A stretch of 52,828 nt of DNA, filler included, from Sphacelaria rigidula (lineage: Eukaryota), in NCBI GenBank assembly GCA_964200075.2. It is 2 parts of 2 records of this genome, joined end to end, with 100 filler letters (N's around TTAATTAATTAA, not from the genome) between each part and the next. Parts side by side here need not be neighbours in the genome. Positions count along the whole stretch, not along the records: positions 26,492 to 52,828 come from CAXNAA020000140.1; 1 more part is not named here. One strand, 5' to 3'. Both the position numbers and the translations under genes were made by a program. Below, in pieces: positions 49,301 to 52,828 of this stretch (positions are counted from its first letter, which is position 1; the number at the start of each line of letters is the position of its first letter). The notes beneath the pieces were generated by a model. The model was not told the origin of the DNA. It was given only the letters and a program-made list of their open reading frames with translations, and did no database searches.

Positions 49301-52300
49301 GCCTCTTTCGGGAATGCTTGTTGGGTTACTCGGCGTGATACCGTGGTTCCCCAGGTGCTGTGTGAAGAGCTAGCATACACCATCCATCCGAAATGGTCTG
49401 ATGGGTTGGACAGGTTCTATTTGGTATAGTAAATTCCGAAGAGCAACCTTCCCCCACAGTGATGTAATGACTTGAGTGAAAGCGGATAGGCAGTAAAATC
49501 TTACAGGTTCAGTTGTGTGTGGAAATTACTTGAACCATATGTCGGCGGTTGTAGACGGTATCTGTGTACTTGCAGTACAATACAGCACGGTGCTGGCTTT
49601 CGCGATAATGCGTGGCTCGTGGTGCTGTGTAGACTATGACACTTACGGTTGCTTAGCTCAGCTTAGCGTAGCCCTCTGCCCCCAGTGCCATGTCACGCTA
49701 TCCCATGTCATTGAGTCGGGCGCCCCGATCTCGCAACAAAACTTGCCGCTTACCCAAGAAGAACACGATTAAACGTACCGTGCTGCTCGTCCTGACCTCC
49801 CAACCCCCCTCCCCTGCTACGGCACCAACTGTCAGATGACCGCGCTGGAGTTGGGGCACGCGGGACTTGGAAAGAGCAGCGTGACGGTGCGGGATAAGTC
49901 CCGCAGCATAGAGAAGACGTGCATTGTGGTGGAGGATGCTGATCTCCCCAAGCGATGCATCGGGACGTGCGAGGTAGGTGCAGAGAGCTACTTGCATTAG
50001 TGTTGATGGTAGTGTCGCTTCAAATCGTGCTGTTGATATTTGGATAGAGATGATTGGTTGGTGGTAAAACAAAAGTGGTCCGGTGTTGACAGAGACGTGA
50101 TGATATGCGCAGAGGATGTCGACTGTCGCTGCTCATTACAAGTCTCATGATGTGTTTTAAAGAGAGGTGGTCATTTCAAGATTGCTTCCTCTCGTACGTC
50201 GTGGTGAACGGCACAAACAGGCAGTGACGATCAGGAGGAAACTGATGTTACGAGAGCCTGCAATGATCATATACTTTGTTTTTGTCATTTTTGTGAGCAG
50301 TTCACTCATGTGCCACCAACGTCGATGCTGTTTATTCTCATCCCACATTCATGGAACACGTTTTCGTGTGCGCGTGTGCGTGTGTTTATGGTTTGGGATA
50401 ACAGGGACTCCGCAAGGAACTGGGCCTCTCCATTGACGTGGACGATGACGACCAGCTGACCGTGCTGCGCCCTAGCCTCTACCCCAGGTGTGTGCGCACG
50501 TTTGTTGTTTTACGCTTGCGCCTGCGCGTTTCACTGTTTTGTTTTATCGCTCCGTACAAATATTTGCGGCAACGGCGACTCCGGTCATGACCCGCACGAA
50601 ACTACGATTGATTGTGTGCTGGGACGTTTGAAGCCCGCCGTACTCATGCTCTCGCAGAGGATTGCACCGGAGGAAGCCATACATATGTATATGCCTATGC
50701 CTATGTATATCTCGTGAACTCCAGGTCTTCCCATGCTCCGCCTTGGTTTCTGCTTATTGCATTGGACTGTAAGGAAGACCCTGATCCGCACCCTCATCTG
50801 AAAATATTCTCACCACAGGGGCATGTACAACAGCGTTTTGACGGTAGAATATGTCACCTCTCATCGTCCACTGAGTGAGAAATGACAGGCCATGGACTGC
50901 TTTTACTGTCTCGTCGCTTCACTTGTACCGTGTGCACTGTACGAATGAGCGTGCATGTCACAAGCGTGCTCCCAGTGACGGCATGGCCGGGCTGTGCTCC
51001 TCGAAGCGTTCTGTGGTGTGTCGACTATACTGTGTGACGCCTCCCCCCATCTCTCCCCCGGGGTCCGGTCATACGCTTGCTGGTGCTGTGTTTCATGTTG
51101 TGTGGGCATTTATTTCCCCCTCGTTGATGAGTACAAGGAAACACCCTCTTATACGACGATGTCTTGACATCCATCAGTTGTAATAGTCGATATGTGGAGT
51201 TTTCTGTATGTCTAAACAGACACAAACACTCCATATTGGTCACCCGTGTCATGCACGACATGTGACCCTCTCTGGTCATGTCTATGATGCGTCCGTTGCT
51301 CGAACGTCCGTTGGTTCGGACAAACAGCCCGGTCAAGGACCAGTTCAGCTCGAGGCCGCTTCGTCTAGACTCGCTGGCGTGTGACGACCTCCCGTTGTGC
51401 GACGGTGAGCACCTGTTCAGCAGCTCTGGCATCCAGGCGTCCTGTGCTTGGGTGACGCCTGAGGGATGTTTTAGAGGTGCTGGAGGGCATGCGCCCAGCA
51501 CCCATGCACCGGTCGTCTGGGAAGTCGGCGCCAAGAAGAAGGACGCTCTAGCCGCGGAGCCCTTCAGGACCGAGGTGAGGACGGCGTCTACCTACAGTAG
51601 TGCTGACCTGTATGTGTGTTTGGGCTGTCCGACGGCTGTTGGAGTGGCGATGGATCGACTGGTTGCGCTTTTGCGATGTTTGGCTTTACACATGCACTTG
51701 GGTGGAGTACGGAGGCTATCTGCACGTGGTGGCCTTTTGCGAAAACTGGGAGAGAGATGGAGTGGGGGTGGCAGCGGTGGCGGAGGGTGGAAGGTGGAGG
51801 GGAAGAGGGGAAGAGGGATGACAAAACAAACAGCAGCCACGTGTAGACGTTTAGATTGGGACTAAGTACTGGGATGTTCCAATTTAGGGTAGACGTAAAG
51901 ACAGTTGCTGGATATATACTCGGAATCAAGCATTGTGTTGATATATTCATTGTGTAGCCGTGTATATGTTCCCTCTACCGTTATGTGCGCTGGCGATGGT
52001 GGCCGTTTTGCTCTCCCGCTCGGAGAAAAAATGTTTCTCGTGTGTCGTGTGGTATGTAATGTTCTTGTATGAGGGGGGCGACGGCGGGATATATACTTCC
52101 GTCAGTCCAAGAAGAACGCTCACGTGATGACGGGAGACAATAGCAATCCGAAGTCAAGCCTCATCCCGCCGTCCCGTCCTTGACCCCAAAACAACCAGGT
52201 AACCGTGCACCGGGGACAGCTGGTCATCACAGACGTCACGCCGGCGTCCACCGGCGGCTTTTTTTCGCGTTTATTTGCCAGGAGACGCTCCACTTTTGTC

Positions 52301-52477
52301 TCGCCTCGTCCACGATCGCAGTGGAAGACCCGCTTTTCGTTGTTCTCGAGAGAGGGTCGGGCGATTCGGGATGCGCAGTTCCGGATCAAGCCGGATGGAA
52401 CGGCGGTGGTCGAGACCCCTGATGGAAAGCTGCTGTGGGAAGTCGATCCCGTAAGGACGCCAACCGAAGGAGACTGA
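28308..52477 (+). CDS. Secreted multidomain protein: signal peptide, thioredoxin-like fold without CxxC, unknown middle region, C-terminal bulb-type-lectin-like domain; one in-frame TGA at 42661 (possible Sec, nonsense allele, or two genes)
   Basis: Phase-consistent exons: 28308-28587, 29772-29942, 31081-31163, 32649-32725, 36766-37013, 42650-42702, 42777-42887, 45851-46105, 47109-47261, 48788-49174, 49836-49973, 50405-50487, 51328-51574, 52199-52477 (2565 nt). The N-terminus MRVLQHLVCCGAAFLALSAFRKVASA-QEG looks like a signal peptide. KYSVILLQIVRGDDPSTRAVIDAFDHAAGEMADSGIGFARVEA resembles a PDI/Trx-like beta-alpha-beta unit. LCDGEHLFS...VTPEGCF...PVVWEVG...HRGQLVI...IKPDGTAVVETPDGKLLWE resembles B-lectin subdomains. 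Domain calls are by eye. Confidence 0.7.
29165..29420 (-). mobile_element. Fragment of the same repeat family as 25740-26000
   Basis: The reverse complement reads gaccatgtcgtgggtatgcaaaag...acggtcggcgagggaaaagga...caccgcagaag...tggagtactaaa, matching 25875-25995. Confidence 0.6.
30031..30141 (+). repeat. (GTACT/CTACT)n pentanucleotide microsatellite
   Basis: About 20 tandem gtact/ctact units directly visible. Confidence 0.95.
31393..31597. mobile_element. hAT-type MITE, 205 bp
   Basis: Long TIRs (caagggtaggtcgagtaaagtatactcaattgcggggtattttgaaag ... ctttcaaaataccccgcaattgagtaaactctactcgacctgcccttg), CA...TG ends, and a perfect 8-bp TSD AAATGTTT (31385-31392 and 31598-31605). Confidence 0.85.
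31945..32140 (+). repeat. Diverged copy of the palindrome-arm repeat
   Basis: ggcgatgggcgaccg..accaggcttcgacctcag..tatgatgctgaag..gagatgcaccgctgcatcaa..atgaagcactc matches 33570-33750. A partial inverted copy lies at ~33150-33240. Confidence 0.8.
33287..33758. repeat. ~470-bp near-perfect palindrome (arms ~235 bp, loop of a few nt)
   Basis: 33287-33521 is the reverse complement of 33525-33758 with scattered mismatches. Centre: gtcacgtacactgtta-aca-taacactgtacgtgac. Confidence 0.9.
33838..34802. mobile_element. Composite non-autonomous hAT element, 965 bp
   Basis: TIRs caaggttgtgttctgt ... acagaacacaaccttg and an 8-bp TSD GATATTTT (33830-33837 and 34803-34810). Subterminal arrays of cagaactgtcgggtac. 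An extra internal right end lies at ~34336. Confidence 0.85.
35441..36004. mobile_element. TIR MITE (hAT-like ends)
   Basis: caagggtgcctgaag...ccgagaccc and gggtctcgga...gggcacccttg are inverted ends. The flanks cagcacc and caccacc match only imperfectly. Confidence 0.55.
36062..36540 (-). mobile_element. Copy of the cagaactgtcgggtac hAT family (reverse orientation)
   Basis: Starts caggattgtgttctgtagggtacggg and contains repeated gtacccgacagttctgt units. Confidence 0.7.
37090..37385 (-). mobile_element. Truncated inverted copy of the composite hAT element (internal end plus spacer)
   Basis: Reverse complement of ~34140-34430, including the spacer gatgacagttcacgaaaactctgaacggcttc. Confidence 0.75.
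37710..37780 (+). other. Degenerate tRNA-like sequence (possible SINE head or tRNA-Trp pseudogene)
   Basis: B-box/T-arm gagttcgaatccc and an anticodon-loop-like gactccaaat (CCA). No intact acceptor or D stem. Confidence 0.3.
37956..38212. mobile_element. hAT-type MITE, 257 bp
   Basis: TIRs cacacgtcggacagctcatgagctacc ... ggtagctcatgagctgtccgacgtgtg and an 8-bp TSD CAAGTTTT (37948-37955 and 38213-38220). Confidence 0.85.
38265..38551 (-). mobile_element. Partial reverse copy of the 33838 hAT element (left end)
   Basis: Ends gtacccgtacctcacagaacacaaccttg, the reverse complement of 33838-33868. The body matches 33870-34125. Confidence 0.75.
38995..40870. mobile_element. Cluster of foldback-type inverted-repeat elements
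   Basis: Inverted pairs at ~39000-39080 / ~39215-39295 (third copy ~39560-39640) and ~40580-40670 / ~40775-40855 (third copy ~40195-40270, ggagttagatcctgaa). Confidence 0.55.
41052..41330 (+). mobile_element. Partial relative of the 31393 MITE family
   Basis: Begins caagggcaggtggagtagagtacacccaat, similar to the 31393/31597 TIR. Contains repeated tactcga/gagta motifs. Confidence 0.5.
41440..42230. mobile_element. AT-rich non-autonomous element related to 4850-5590
   Basis: 41810-41975 matches 5240-5400 (gccagcgggaaatgcaaagtggccctggaacggtctcaa...ttttcaggcgt). Confidence 0.5.
49178..49211 (+). repeat. (GT)n microsatellite just inside an intron donor
   Basis: gtgtgtgtgtgtgtgtgtgtgtgtttgtgtgtgt directly visible. 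Confidence 0.9.
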
Positions 52478-52828
52478 GCGCTAGTTTTGTTTCGTTAATC
52501 TTGTTTTCGATACTAGCGTGAGGAGCGGTTGTTTGGTTTGGTTTTGTTTTGTTTCCTGGTGGCCTTGGTGGTTTTAGTCTGTTGGGGGATGAGTGCGGCG
52601 GTTGTTCTTTTCCTTGACGGGAACTATGCGGATGACGGATGAGTTTGTTTTTTGCCCTCTACTTCCGTCTTCCCTTGTTGAAGTAGTTGTGGTCTATTCG
52701 TTGCTTCCCCTTTCTTCGTCGGGCGTTTTCTCTGTTCCTTGTTTTCCCCATGTGTCCTCGTGCCTCTCTCCTTCGTTTTGTTTCCCCGTTTTTGGTTTTG
52801 CTCGCCATTTTTGTAGACCTTTTTCAAG

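Noticed and set aside
52478-52828. ATGA-containing hairpin (gacgga...tccgtc) as a SECIS
   Set aside because: Lacks the apical AA and the GA/GA non-Watson-Crick quartet; not a canonical SECIS.

Overview
Eukaryotic genomic DNA, most consistent with a brown alga (Phaeophyceae, stramenopile). This is inferred from about 50% GC, many short exons with GT(A/G)(A/C)GT donors and long TE-filled introns, and algal-type cellulose synthase genes; the species cannot be determined here. Most six-frame ORFs are spurious, so I reconstructed three spliced genes by hand. (1) A minus-strand cellulose-synthase-like (GT2, CesA) gene starting at 10712 that runs off the left edge. (2) A complete plus-strand 16-exon CesA-like paralogue (11103-21974, 828 aa, QVLRW motif but non-canonical DDG and DxD motifs), head-to-head with gene 1 with only 390 bp between the ATGs. 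(3) A 14-exon plus-strand gene (28308-52477, about 854 codons) for a secreted protein with a redox-inactive thioredoxin-like domain and a C-terminal bulb-type-lectin-like domain. Its otherwise phase-consistent model contains one in-frame TGA next to a Cys (C-R-T-H-*-C). Introns and intergenic DNA hold heavily decayed Copia and Gypsy relics, several hAT-type MITEs with 8-bp TSDs, foldback elements and a ~470-bp near-perfect palindrome. There are two assembly gaps.
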